A stretch of DNA of 64,000 nucleotides, from positions 10,846-74,845 of the forward strand of contig CBFGIT010000015.1 in assembly GCA_965648905.1 (NCBI GenBank), in the 5' to 3' direction. The notes under the pieces are model-generated. The model worked only from the letters and a program-made list of their open reading frames with translations, was not told where the DNA came from and did not search any database. Below are positions 28,613 through 38,125 of the stretch, piece after piece. Origin of the DNA: a candidate division WOR-3 bacterium (GTDB lineage Bacteria; Hydrothermota; Tepidihabitantia; Tepidihabitantales; Tepidihabitantaceae). The position numbers were made by a program, and so were the translations under genes. Position 1 is the first letter of the stretch; every line of letters starts with the position of its first letter.

Positions 28613-31258
28613 TCAGCGGCCTATGACGGTAATCGTGCCATCGCCCGCATTGGCAACGTAGACCCGATTGGCAAACGGGTTGTAGCAGACCGCGTGTGGT
28701 GTGCGACCGGTCGGCAGGGTCTTGATTACCGAGTTCGAGGCGCAGTTGACGATGCTGACCGTGGCACTACCGGAGTTGGCAACGTAGAGACGGCTGGGGG
28801 TTGCCATCCAGGCCAGACCACGCGGCTGACTACCGACGAAGAAGGTCTCAACCTGTCTGGTGACCGCATGGATCGCACCGACCTGGTTACCGTTAGTGCA
28901 GGCAACATAGACCTTCTCTTGCTGTGGGTTCCAGACGGCGTGACTTGGGCCGAGGGGCACGAACTCATCGGGGAAGGCGACGTTGGCAGCCGAAATGACA
29001 GTCACCGAGCTCGAGCCGCGGTTGATGACGAAGACCTGGTTGTAGACGTCATCGGGGATGACCGCAACCGGCTCGGTCCCGACCGCTATGGTCGCGAGGA
29101 CGCCATTCGTCAAGCCGTCAATGACTGTGACCGTGTTGGCCGCAGAGTTGGCCACGTAGACGCGGTTCAGGGTCGGGTGCCAGCAGGCCGCGCTGGGACC
29201 GGCCCCAACCCGTCGGTGAACTAGCACGCTATCACTGGTGCCATCGATTATCGTCAGGGTGCTGTCTTGACGGTTGGCGCAATACACCTTGTTGTTGGTC
29301 GCGTTCCAACACAGGGCCGCAGGACTCTGCCCCGTGGCAACTTCCTTGATAACAGAGTTAGCGGCACAGTTGATGACCGTCACACCACCCAGCGAGCAGG
29401 CAGCGTAGAGTCGGTTACGCTGCGCGGCCCAGGTCAGAGCGACCGGAAAGCGGCCGGTTCTAATACTCGCCCTGATTGAGTTGGATGGGTCGATGGCAAC
29501 CACGCTTGAGTCGTTGTAGTTGGCGACGTAGATCGTATTGTCAATCGAGTCCCAGACCATGGCACGGGGCGAAACCAGTGAGTCCTGGGCAATCGTCGCG
29601 ACAACCGAGTCCGGATACGTTGCCTCGGTCACGGTGAATCTAAAGCTCGTTGCCGAATCTCGCCGGGACAGGCAGTAGAGGTAGATGCGGATGTAGGCCT
29701 GGCCCGACGCTGGCCCGGAAACGCGCCAGAGATAGGACCCAGGTGTGGTCGATCGACCCTGCCGGAGCCAGGTAGCGCGGTTGTCGGGTGAGAAGAATAC
29801 GACCACAGAGTCGAGCCCGTCGGTGCCGCCAGTCCACGTGATGCGGCGCAGCCCGGCTTCAGGCCAGACCGTGTCGAGCGCCGGCGCAGTTACTGTCGCG
29901 CGGGTTGGAGGAAGAGTGTCGTAGACCGTGAAGCGGCTGCTGACGCCAACATAGGTGTCCTGTGCGAACCACTCGGTGACTCGTATTCTGCCGTTGCTGG
30001 TCGGCAAGTAAGGCACAACCCAGTCGTAGCCTCCAGTCTGGAGTGCCCGGCCCTGCCTGAGCCAGCTCGCGCCATTGTCGGTCGAATATGAGACGATGGC
30101 AGAGTCCGGAGACTGGCTCTCCGACTGACGTACAGCCCGCGTTCCGACAAGTGAGCGCTGGATGCTTCTGGTCAGTTCGGGTCTTCGGTCCTGTCGTGGG
30201 CCAGGTCGGAAAGGTCCGCCGTTCCAAGTCACGGCCTGAGTTGCCAGGGCACGAATCCTGGCCAGCGACTCAGGTGCACTTATCGACAGGGGAGAAGCGG
30301 TTCGGAATCGCCATGTCGGCCCTTGGGCCTGGGCCTGATGGTTGTCGCGGGCCACTACCCGCCAGAGGTAGACGGAATCGTACTTGAGCCTATGGGGCAC
30401 GACGATCGAATCTGCCAGCCGACCGCTATCAATCCTGCTCAGCGGTTCGGCCACGCCGAGATAGACATCGTAACGAACTTCGTCGATTGAATCCGGGTCG
30501 CCGCCAGTCCAGCCCAGCACCGGCCTGAGCAGTTGACCAGATGCGCCTGAGTCGGGCCGTGGACTTCTGGGGCGGTTGGGTGCTTGATTGGCTCTTGTTG
30601 TGAAGAACCAGACCGGGCCTTCAGTGATCGCACCGTGGTTGTCTCGGGCCACGATGCGCCAGTAATAGGTCGTTTGATACGCCAGCAGGCTGGGCGAGTA
30701 AGAGGTGTCGACGATTCGCTCGGCCTTAAGGGGTGGAGGAGAAGAGGTGCCGAAGTACACGTCATAGGTTACGGTATCGGTGGTGTCGGCATCTCCGCCG
30801 CTCCAGTAAAGACTCGCGTAGACCGGCACTGCACCTGCACTGCTATCTGGTACCGGACGATGGGGAGTCGTGGGTGGGTTGTTGAACCTTACAGTCCGGA
30901 AGTACCAGAGAGGGCCGACCGTCTCGTAGCCATGGCGGTCCCGGGCCAGGACGCGCCAGAAGTAGGCGGTCGCGAACTTAAGTCGAGTCGGCCGATATCG
31001 AGGAACACGCAAGCCGGTGTCCGCCCGGGCCGGGGTAGCCGTTGTGCCGATGAACAGGTCGAAAGTCAGCTCGTCGTCCTTGTCAGGGTCAGAGCAGGTC
31101 CATGACAGAGTGACGCCGGTATCGCGGTCGACAGCACCGGAGTCAGGGCGCGGTTCCGAAGGAGCGGCGGGCGGCCGGTTCCAGCGACGGCACGCCGAGT
31201 TCGGAACCAGCCAAAGCAAAACGGTCACCAGAGCCAGAGCCGGCCGCAGCTTTGTCAC
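28613..31258 (-). CDS. Exported protein with fibronectin-III-like repeats and YVTN/YncE beta-propeller
   Basis: Signal/lipoprotein-like N-terminus; three 'W...D.D...YDVY.G...Y.WRVVARD..G...GP.W.F.T' repeats; C-terminal VYVAN...TV.VID blades; GTGA overlap with upstream stop. Confidence 0.8.
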   Translation of the reverse strand: MTKLRPALALVTVLLWLVPNSACRRWNRPPAAPSEPRPDSGAVDRDTGVTLSWTCSDPDKDDELTFDLFIGTTATPARADTGLRVPRYRPTRLKFATAYFWRVLARDRHGYETVGPLWYFRTVRFNNPPTTPHRPVPDSSAGAVPVYASLYWSGGDADTTDTVTYDVYFGTSSPPPLKAERIVDTSYSPSLLAYQTTYYWRIVARDNHGAITEGPVWFFTTRANQAPNRPRSPRPDSGASGQLLRPVLGWTGGDPDSIDEVRYDVYLGVAEPLSRIDSGRLADSIVVPHRLKYDSVYLWRVVARDNHQAQAQGPTWRFRTASPLSISAPESLARIRALATQAVTWNGGPFRPGPRQDRRPELTRSIQRSLVGTRAVRQSESQSPDSAIVSYSTDNGASWLRQGRALQTGGYDWVVPYLPTSNGRIRVTEWFAQDTYVGVSSRFTVYDTLPPTRATVTAPALDTVWPEAGLRRITWTGGTDGLDSVVVFFSPDNRATWLRQGRSTTPGSYLWRVSGPASGQAYIRIYLYCLSRRDSATSFRFTVTEATYPDSVVATIAQDSLVSPRAMVWDSIDNTIYVANYNDSSVVAIDPSNSIRASIRTGRFPVALTWAAQRNRLYAACSLGGVTVINCAANSVIKEVATGQSPAALCWNATNNKVYCANRQDSTLTIIDGTSDSVLVHRRVGAGPSAACWHPTLNRVYVANSAANTVTVIDGLTNGVLATIAVGTEPVAVIPDDVYNQVFVINRGSSSVTVISAANVAFPDEFVPLGPSHAVWNPQQEKVYVACTNGNQVGAIHAVTRQVETFFVGSQPRGLAWMATPSRLYVANSGSATVSIVNCASNSVIKTLPTGRTPHAVCYNPFANRVYVANAGDGTITVIGR

Positions 31259-32307
31259 CACTTAAGTGTCCAGTAGAACCCGACGCTCAGCACGGCGAGG
31301 CCGGCGCCGACATTCCTCAACATGTCCCAACCCTGAACCAGACCCCTCAGCCGTTCAGATTCGTCGCGGCTCGTTGCTGACTGGTAGTTCCGGTACTCGG
31401 TTTCGCCGCGGTATGCCGCGTACCCGGCCCCGGCCGCGGCGACGACGCCGACCAGCAATATCGGCAGCTTACGGGTTCGGATACGCTCAAGGTAGGCGAT
31501 GACGGTTGACGTCTCGGCGTACTGAATCTGGGCGTAGCCGACCCACTCGTGGAACCCGCGTCGGTTCAAAGTAAGGGCGTAGCGCCGAGGCTCGAGTGAG
31601 ATAACTAGCGGGGTCTGACCCAGGTACTGCTCGTCGGTCCTGATGCTCGCCCCGTCCGGTCTGGACTCGACCCTGAGCAACCCCTTGCCCCAACCTAGCT
31701 TGAAGTTGACGGCGACCGGACCGGGCGACTTCAGGTCGATTTCCTTGTCTACGTCGCGATAACCTTCGAGTCGGGCCGAGAGTGAGTGACGACCATAGGG
31801 CACACGCGGCAGAGTCAACCCGCCTTCGACAGCTCTGCCTTGTGCAACGCCGTCAATCAAAATCTCCGCTCCGACCGGGTCAGATGTCACTACGAACGAA
31901 CCGTACTGACCGGTAATGGTAAAGGTCGTCTGGAAGTCCCTGTACCCGCTCTTGGTGAGCGTAAGCTGATGACGTCCCGGTTTGATGTCGTCGAGTTCCA
32001 GCGGTGTTTTGCCTACCAGCCGTCCATCGATGGTTACATTCGCGTCGGTTGGGTCCGAGGTAATCGTCGTCAATCCTTCGTCTGCTGTTACCATGCCGGT
32101 CAATCTGGGTTGCACAGGCCGAGCCGGGGCTTCGTTCAGCTTGGCACCGCACTTCTTGCAGAACCGGGCGTTGTCCGGATTCTGAGTGCCGCAGCTCGGA
32201 CACGCCTTCTCAGCTAGAACCTGTGCAAAACACAGAAGAAGCAGAAACAGCACTGATGTCGCGGCGCTGATGGCTCTTCGATTGGACCTGGTCTTGGAGA
32301 TAGTCAT
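31255..32307 (-). CDS. PEGA-domain protein with N-terminal Zn-ribbon
   Basis: Signal peptide, CPSCG...FCKKCG, three 'SDP.GA.V.IDG...G.TP' PEGA repeats, C-terminal TM helices. Confidence 0.88.
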   Translation of the reverse strand: MTISKTRSNRRAISAATSVLFLLLLCFAQVLAEKACPSCGTQNPDNARFCKKCGAKLNEAPARPVQPRLTGMVTADEGLTTITSDPTDANVTIDGRLVGKTPLELDDIKPGRHQLTLTKSGYRDFQTTFTITGQYGSFVVTSDPVGAEILIDGVAQGRAVEGGLTLPRVPYGRHSLSARLEGYRDVDKEIDLKSPGPVAVNFKLGWGKGLLRVESRPDGASIRTDEQYLGQTPLVISLEPRRYALTLNRRGFHEWVGYAQIQYAETSTVIAYLERIRTRKLPILLVGVVAAAGAGYAAYRGETEYRNYQSATSRDESERLRGLVQGWDMLRNVGAGLAVLSVGFYWTLKW

Positions 32308-33483
32308 CTAGAACCTGTGGCCGCAGCGGATGCAGAACTGGGCTTTGGGCTCTCGTCTTGCTCCACACTCAGGACACGTTGCGCGGCCGGCAGCAACTGT
32401 GAGTCTGATTGACGCTCCAGATGCGACCTTTGAACCTGATTTCGGTCCGACCGCCATCACTTCACCAGCCGGATAGACGTCGCTGTATTGCGAGTCCACT
32501 TGGGCAACATCGAGTCCGACCGAGCGTAGCCGTTCAGTGGCTTCCTCAGGCGTATAGCCGGCCAAGACCGGGACCGTTGCAAACCCGGAGCTTACCTTGA
32601 GTCTGACTTTGTCAGCGGTTCTAACGCCGGCCGGGGGAGACTGACTGATGACCGTGCCTTGAGTTCGAGCATCGTCTACCTCCTCTAACACGATCTGGAC
32701 ATGTCGTGCGTCAGCCAGTATCCGAGCTTCTTCACGGCTTAGGCCGGCAAACGCCGGCACTGCCGAAGTTGACTTGAATAACCCCATCTTCGCGGCGCCC
32801 AATAGAGCGGCAACAACAACCACAACTGCGCTGACCGCGGCGACGGATCCGAACTTCCCCCGATGTCTGGGCCGTTGCGTGGACCGGAGAGTGGGTCGGC
32901 TGCTGACAGCAGACCGTTGGCCCGGTACGGGGCGGATGGCCTCAATCGCTTGGCGAAACTCAGCTGCATTCTGAAACCTGCCGGATGGGTTCTTTGCCAA
33001 GGCACGCAGTATTACCCGTTCCAGTTCGGCCGATACCTCGGGTCTAACCGAGCGAGGTGGCGACGGAGGCTTGTTTATCTGGGCATCCATGATCTGATAG
33101 TTCAGTCCCTCAGAAAAAGGCAACCGGCCGGTAGTCGCTTCGTAGAGTACGATGCCCAGTGAGTAGATGTCGGAACGCGCATCGAGTGGCCGGCCCTGGC
33201 AGCGTTCTGGCGACATGTAACGGACCGTGCCGACACGGGCGAGACCGTATTCGGCCAGCTTCCAACTGGTCCCGGAACGCACGACCCGGCCCGTCGTTAT
33301 GTCCTTGTGCAACATTGCCTGGCCGTGCGCGAACTCAAGGTCCTTCAGCACGCTTGAGAATATGCTAACGATTTCCGATTCGGAGAGCGGACCCTGCTGT
33401 TGGATGAACTCGGCCAGGTTCGTCGCCGGCCGTGCCGGCGCGGATTCAGACGAAGGCAGGACCGCCGCGCTCGATTCAGGCAC
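32308..33483 (-). CDS. Degenerate Ser/Thr kinase-like protein (C-lobe only) with TM, two PASTA domains and C-terminal Zn-ribbon
   Basis: GTVRYMSPE, DARSDIYSLG, LAKNP..RF are retained; HRD region reads HKDITTGR and DFG reads EYG; no Gly-loop or VAIK; PASTA-like VP...G....EA; CPECG...FCIRCG. GTG start inferred from RBS and promoter. Confidence 0.8.
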   Translation of the reverse strand: MPESSAAVLPSSESAPARPATNLAEFIQQQGPLSESEIVSIFSSVLKDLEFAHGQAMLHKDITTGRVVRSGTSWKLAEYGLARVGTVRYMSPERCQGRPLDARSDIYSLGIVLYEATTGRLPFSEGLNYQIMDAQINKPPSPPRSVRPEVSAELERVILRALAKNPSGRFQNAAEFRQAIEAIRPVPGQRSAVSSRPTLRSTQRPRHRGKFGSVAAVSAVVVVVAALLGAAKMGLFKSTSAVPAFAGLSREEARILADARHVQIVLEEVDDARTQGTVISQSPPAGVRTADKVRLKVSSGFATVPVLAGYTPEEATERLRSVGLDVAQVDSQYSDVYPAGEVMAVGPKSGSKVASGASIRLTVAAGRATCPECGARREPKAQFCIRCGHRF

Positions 33484-33571
33484 GGCAGCCTCGATTCTCT
33501 CCCGCGCCTGGTTGACCCGGGACGAATGGCTGGGAACGGGCTGTGGATGTCTCCGGCATAAGGCCAGCAAC

Positions 33572-33600
33572 ATTGTAGCCCACCGGAGACATGACTTCAA
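33572..33600 (-). promoter_or_regulatory. Putative sigma70 promoter for the kinase-PEGA-propeller operon
   Basis: TTGAAG-17 bp-TACAAT. Confidence 0.6.
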
Positions 33601-33748
33601 GGTGTTGACAAATTACAACCTGGAACCCGGCGGAGGTTGGCGGACTCGGCGCAGGCGGTGTCTGGTCAGCGGCCACGGTGAACCGGCCGGCCATCGTTTC
33701 GGTGTCTGGCCCAGGCGATTCGGACTTCGAATGGGTTCCGTCATTGTT

Positions 33749-33777
33749 TTGACCTGTCGCCCCAGCTCGGGTAGAAT
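33749..33777 (+). promoter_or_regulatory. Putative sigma70 promoter
   Basis: TTGACC-17 bp-TAGAAT, 9 nt before ATG 33787. Confidence 0.6.
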
Positions 33778-33786
33778 ATTGAGCTA

Positions 33787-34023
33787 ATGGAAGGGAAGAA
33801 AATGCCTAATCGGCACAAACCGCTGACTGCCCGCATCAAGGCCGGTGTTGGAGTCACGCCCGACATCGTCATTTCCATCGTCACTCCGCAGGGTGTCCTC
33901 CGCATCACGCCCCAAGTCGAACATGCTGTAAATGGGTTGATTGCTCGTCTCGAGGCTCAGGTCAAGCCGGGCGAGAAAGAACCGGTGGTCGCGGTCCGCG
34001 GCATCTCGGTCGAGCCCGCCTAG
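33787..34023 (+). CDS. Small hypothetical protein (78 aa)
   Basis: Plausible composition, consensus promoter directly upstream, convergent with the next gene. Confidence 0.6.
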   Translation: MEGKKMPNRHKPLTARIKAGVGVTPDIVISIVTPQGVLRITPQVEHAVNGLIARLEAQVKPGEKEPVVAVRGISVEPA

Positions 34024-34026
34024 CAC

Positions 34027-34443
34027 CTATTCGAGCGGAACCTGCTCGACGTAGGCCCTAACAAGCCGCAGTGGTGGCAGCGCGTAGACCAGTTGCACCT
34101 GCCAGCCGGCATAGACGACCGGGTCCGGGTTCCGGGCAAAGTAGCGCAGGATAACGTTCGAGTTGAGTGAGTCGTAGCCGACATACATGAACACAAACTC
34201 AAGCGGTGGACGGATGTCAAACCGGCCACGGGCCAGTTGGCGGACAAGATACTCGTGACTCTCGACGTCGCGACGCAGACGCTCGGTCCGGTGCACGAGA
34301 GGATGGTCCCCAGAGAGCATCACCAGGTAATCCGGATAGTGGCCCTCGAATACCGGCGGGCCGTCAGACCGGGTTAACATCAGTACCTGCGATCGGGGCG
34401 CGCAGGCCATCAGCAACAGGCAGCCGAGTACGACCGGACGCAT
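34027..34443 (-). CDS. Hypothetical lipoprotein
   Basis: MRPVVLGCLLLMAC lipobox-like signal; promoter immediately upstream. Confidence 0.7.
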   Translation of the reverse strand: MRPVVLGCLLLMACAPRSQVLMLTRSDGPPVFEGHYPDYLVMLSGDHPLVHRTERLRRDVESHEYLVRQLARGRFDIRPPLEFVFMYVGYDSLNSNVILRYFARNPDPVVYAGWQVQLVYALPPLRLVRAYVEQVPLE

Positions 34444-34448
34444 GAGTC

Positions 34449-34476
34449 AGTGTAAGCAGCACGCTAACCATGTCAA
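34449..34476 (-). promoter_or_regulatory. Putative sigma70 promoter (leaderless mRNA)
   Basis: TTGACA-16 bp-TACACT, 5 nt before ATG. Confidence 0.65.
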
Positions 34477-34503
34477 GCCAGACAAGGTTCTGCTCCCAGG
34501 TGT

Positions 34504-34531
34504 TTGACAGCTCGCTTGGGGCTTCTATAAT
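34504..34531 (+). promoter_or_regulatory. Consensus sigma70 promoter for the HDAC-polysaccharide operon
   Basis: TTGACA-16 bp-TATAAT. Confidence 0.75.
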
Positions 34532-34593
34532 CGTAAACCGGTCTGTCTCCGGACCGTTCCGGTCAGGAGTCGGGCTGAATCGAAAGGAAGCAC

Positions 34594-35589
34594 ATGAGAT
34601 TCGTCTACTCGGACCGCTACCGAATCAACATCGGCGCGCACGTCTTCCCGACCGAGAAGTACTCGATGGTCAGGGAACGATTGCTGGCCGACGGTCAGGC
34701 AGCACCCGAGGACTTCATCGAACCACCCGAGCCGAACATCGACGACATCCGGCTCGTTCACACGCGCGAATACGTCGATGACATGCTGAATTTGCGCTGG
34801 TCACAGCGAACGGTTCGGTCTGAGCTGCCGCTTACCTGGGAGATCGTCCAGGGTTTCTTCCTGTTCGGAGCCGGGACGATCGTTACCTGCCGCATCGCGC
34901 TCGAAGACCGGGTCTGTATGCACATCGGCGGCGGCTTCCATCACGCCTTCGCCGACCATGGCGAGGGGTTCTGCTACGTCAACGACATCGCAGTCGGTGT
35001 CCGCAAGATGCAGCAGGAGAAGCGGATCGAGCGGGCCGCGGTCATCGACTGCGACCTCCACCAGGGCAACGGCACGGCGCGGATATTCCAGGACGATGAG
35101 AGCGTTTTCACCTTCTCGATTCACCAGGAGCACCTCTATCCCATCAAGGAGCAGTCGAACCTTGACATCGGGCTTGACGATGAAACCAGCGACGGCGAAT
35201 ACCTGCGTCGACTCGGGGAGGCGGTGCCCGCAATCCTCGACGGGCACAGACCTGACCTTGTCGTCTACGTGGCCGGGGCCGACCCCTATCGCTACGACCA
35301 GCTCGGCACGCTCCGACTGACGAAACGCGGGCTGGCAATGCGTGACCGGCTGGTCATTGAGGGCTGTCACCGGCGAGGAATCCCGCTGGCGGTCGTGACC
35401 GCAGGTGGCTATGCGCTCGACACCAAGGACACGGGAGAGATTCACTACAATACCGCCCGCGAGTGTCTGCGCGTGCTCGGCCAACTCAAACCGCGGCCGG
35501 GTGTCGAGCAACCCGGCGAGGCCGACGCTTCGTCGAGTCCGCCTCCAGCCAAGAGCCAGCCGCCTGCTCCCGAGACCGGGCAATCTTGA
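34594..35589 (+). CDS. Histone deacetylase family protein
   Basis: H.FP..KY, GGGFHHA, GFCYVND, DCDLHQGNG, AGADP, GGY. Confidence 0.93.
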   Translation: MRFVYSDRYRINIGAHVFPTEKYSMVRERLLADGQAAPEDFIEPPEPNIDDIRLVHTREYVDDMLNLRWSQRTVRSELPLTWEIVQGFFLFGAGTIVTCRIALEDRVCMHIGGGFHHAFADHGEGFCYVNDIAVGVRKMQQEKRIERAAVIDCDLHQGNGTARIFQDDESVFTFSIHQEHLYPIKEQSNLDIGLDDETSDGEYLRRLGEAVPAILDGHRPDLVVYVAGADPYRYDQLGTLRLTKRGLAMRDRLVIEGCHRRGIPLAVVTAGGYALDTKDTGEIHYNTARECLRVLGQLKPRPGVEQPGEADASSSPPPAKSQPPAPETGQS

Positions 35590-36731
35590 CCAAGGTCGGT
35601 CGGTCGCGGGTCTGTCTGGCAACAACATCACACCCGGTCAGCTACAGCCGGTTCTATGACCGCGAGGCACAGTCTCTTGCCCGGGCTGGGTACAAGGTAA
35701 CAGTGATCGGGACTGGCGAGCCAACGTCTGCTTTCAAGGACAGTGCGGTTATGACCATCTGCGCGCGGAACGCGACCGGGCTGGCCAAGCTCGGCCTGCT
35801 GTGGCAGACACATCGTCACTTGGCTCGGGCAAACTGCGACGTGATCCAGTGCCTTGACCCCTGGACCCTAGCGGTGGGACTTGCGCACAGGCACGTCAGT
35901 CCCAGACTGCGCCTTGTCTACGAATCGAGCGAGTGGTTCCCCCAGATGTTTCTTGACCGTCAGGACCTGCCGGTTCCTGTCCGGCGCCTGCTTTGGCTGC
36001 TGGTCACCGGACTGGAGCGCGCTGCCTGCCGACTGGCCGACGCGATAGTCGAGACCAACGACACCAGAGCGCAAAGGTTCCGAAGGCAGGGGAGACGTCC
36101 GGTTCTGGTTCCGAACTACCCACCGGCTGAACTGCTGCCTGAGTCCGGAACCGAGCGTCGGCCGTGGATAGCCTATACCGGGCTGGTCAGTCCGCACCGG
36201 GGATTCAACGTGCTGGTGCGTGCCCTGCGACTCGTGGTCGAGAAGCACCCGGACGCGCGCCTGCAGGTAATGGGCCGATTCGAGCCGCGCAGGGGAGAGG
36301 AACGACAGGTGCGTCAGTTGATTGCCGACTGCCGGCTGGACCAACACATCGACTTCCTCGGTTCCATGCCCTACGCGGAGATGTTCAGCAGCATTGGCTC
36401 CTGTCTTGCTGGCGTTATTCTGCTTCAACCCGAACGCGGTAACGACTATACTGGACTACCCAACAAGCTCTTCGAGTTCATGGGCGCTGGCCTGGGAATC
36501 GTGGCCAGCGACTTCCCTGAACTGGGTCGAGTAGTTCGAGAAACCGGGTGCGGCTGGCTGGTTGACCCGACCCGACCCGAAGCGGTCGCCCAGATTCTGG
36601 ACGATGCCCTCGGCAACCCGGAAGAGACAATGCGGCGGGGGAGACTGGGCCGGGATGCGGTGCGGGAAAGGTACAACTGGCAGGTAGCTGAAGCGGCGCT
36701 GCTTCGGACCTACAAGGAGATTTCCTCTTGA
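35586..36731 (+). CDS. Glycosyltransferase family 4
   Basis: TTGA overlap; PNYP, YTG...RG, PNKLFEFM..G..IVASDFP, YNW. Confidence 0.88.
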   Translation: MTKVGRSRVCLATTSHPVSYSRFYDREAQSLARAGYKVTVIGTGEPTSAFKDSAVMTICARNATGLAKLGLLWQTHRHLARANCDVIQCLDPWTLAVGLAHRHVSPRLRLVYESSEWFPQMFLDRQDLPVPVRRLLWLLVTGLERAACRLADAIVETNDTRAQRFRRQGRRPVLVPNYPPAELLPESGTERRPWIAYTGLVSPHRGFNVLVRALRLVVEKHPDARLQVMGRFEPRRGEERQVRQLIADCRLDQHIDFLGSMPYAEMFSSIGSCLAGVILLQPERGNDYTGLPNKLFEFMGAGLGIVASDFPELGRVVRETGCGWLVDPTRPEAVAQILDDALGNPEETMRRGRLGRDAVRERYNWQVAEAALLRTYKEISS

Positions 36732-38125
36732 ACCGTCCGACGCGCAATGCGCTCCTGCTTTTCTCAGGCGAGGCGGTATCGCGGCTCTTCGGCTTCCTGT
36801 CCGCCACGATTCTGGCGCGCCGGCTCGGCGTGGACGGATTCGGCCAAGTTGGCTTCGCATCAGCGGTCTTCATGTACGGGGTCATCCTCACCGACTTCGG
36901 ACTGCTGACCGTAGGCACGAGGTCCGTGGCCAGCAACCCTGAGACTGCTTCTGAGCTCGTCGGCCGGCTTGTGCCGCTCCGGCTGGTTCTGGGACTTGCG
37001 GCTGCTGCGTTCATCGCTGTCTTGGCCATCGTTCTGCCCCGGCCGGTCGAGGTGCGGCTGCTGCTTGTGGTCTACGCGTCGGGCACGGCCGTACAGGCAT
37101 TGCTGCTGGAGTGGTTTTTCTTCGGAGTCGAGCAGATGGGTGCGGTCTCGTCGGCACGCATTCTCACGCATCTGTCGTATTACGGCCTGGTCCTGTTGCT
37201 CGTGCGCGGCCCACAGGGCATTCTGATGGTACCGCTTGCCTTCATCGGTAGCACGCTGCTCGCGGTGCTGCTGCTGCTTGCGCTGTACCGCCGACGGTTC
37301 GGCGACATTCAACTGCGGCTCGCCCTCGGAGGATGGGGGGGACTGGTTCGGCAGGCGTGGCCGGTCGGTGCCGCGGGTGTCTTCACTCAGTTGCACGTGA
37401 ACTTCGGACTGGTCGGGCTTGGGCTCTTTCGCACCGACGCGGAAACCGGCCTCTACTCATCGGCGTACCGGCTCGTTTTCTTTCTGCTTGCTCTTGACAG
37501 AGTCTTCTATACGGTCTTCTTTCCAGTGGCTAGTCGCATCCAAGCCAGCCGCCCGGAACGGCTTCCTGAACTGACCGGAACGGTACTGAGACTGATACTG
37601 GTTGTTTCGCTGCCCTTGGGCACCGGGCTTGTCGTGCTTGCCCGGCCGATTCTCGCCGCGGTCTTCGGTCCGGACTACATCGAAGCAGCGCCGGCTCTTC
37701 AGACCATGGCCGTGTTTCTGCCCGTCAGCATGCTCAGCAGCATGACCGGCCACACGCTCATTGCTGCAGGCAGGGAGAGACGGTTCCTGCGTAATGTGCT
37801 GTTCGGCACGCTTGTCTCGATTGCCGCCGGCCTCGTTGGCATTGCCCTGCTGGGCGTGCGCGGCGCAGCAATGGCGGTAGTCGCCGGAGAGACAGCGATT
37901 CTTGTCCCAATGTTTGTGGATTTCCTGCGCCTCGTGCATCCACGCATGGACCGGCGTCTTGCCGCGGCGCCGGTCGCATCCGCCGCGCTGGTCCCGGTCT
38001 GTCTGCTGCTGGGTCGGTTTGGGCTCGCGGTTCCGATACTGGTCGGCGCCGGGGTCTACGCTGTTCTGCTCTTTGCGCTCGGTGGGGTCACGTTGAGAGA
38101 ACTGGGTATGGTGCGGGCCGGATGA
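36728..38125 (+). CDS. Wzx-like oligosaccharide flippase
   Basis: ARRLG...FG, DFGL, GLYSSAYRL; ~12-14 TM segments. Confidence 0.88.
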   Translation: MNRPTRNALLLFSGEAVSRLFGFLSATILARRLGVDGFGQVGFASAVFMYGVILTDFGLLTVGTRSVASNPETASELVGRLVPLRLVLGLAAAAFIAVLAIVLPRPVEVRLLLVVYASGTAVQALLLEWFFFGVEQMGAVSSARILTHLSYYGLVLLLVRGPQGILMVPLAFIGSTLLAVLLLLALYRRRFGDIQLRLALGGWGGLVRQAWPVGAAGVFTQLHVNFGLVGLGLFRTDAETGLYSSAYRLVFFLLALDRVFYTVFFPVASRIQASRPERLPELTGTVLRLILVVSLPLGTGLVVLARPILAAVFGPDYIEAAPALQTMAVFLPVSMLSSMTGHTLIAAGRERRFLRNVLFGTLVSIAAGLVGIALLGVRGAAMAVVAGETAILVPMFVDFLRLVHPRMDRRLAAAPVASAALVPVCLLLGRFGLAVPILVGAGVYAVLLFALGGVTLRELGMVRAG

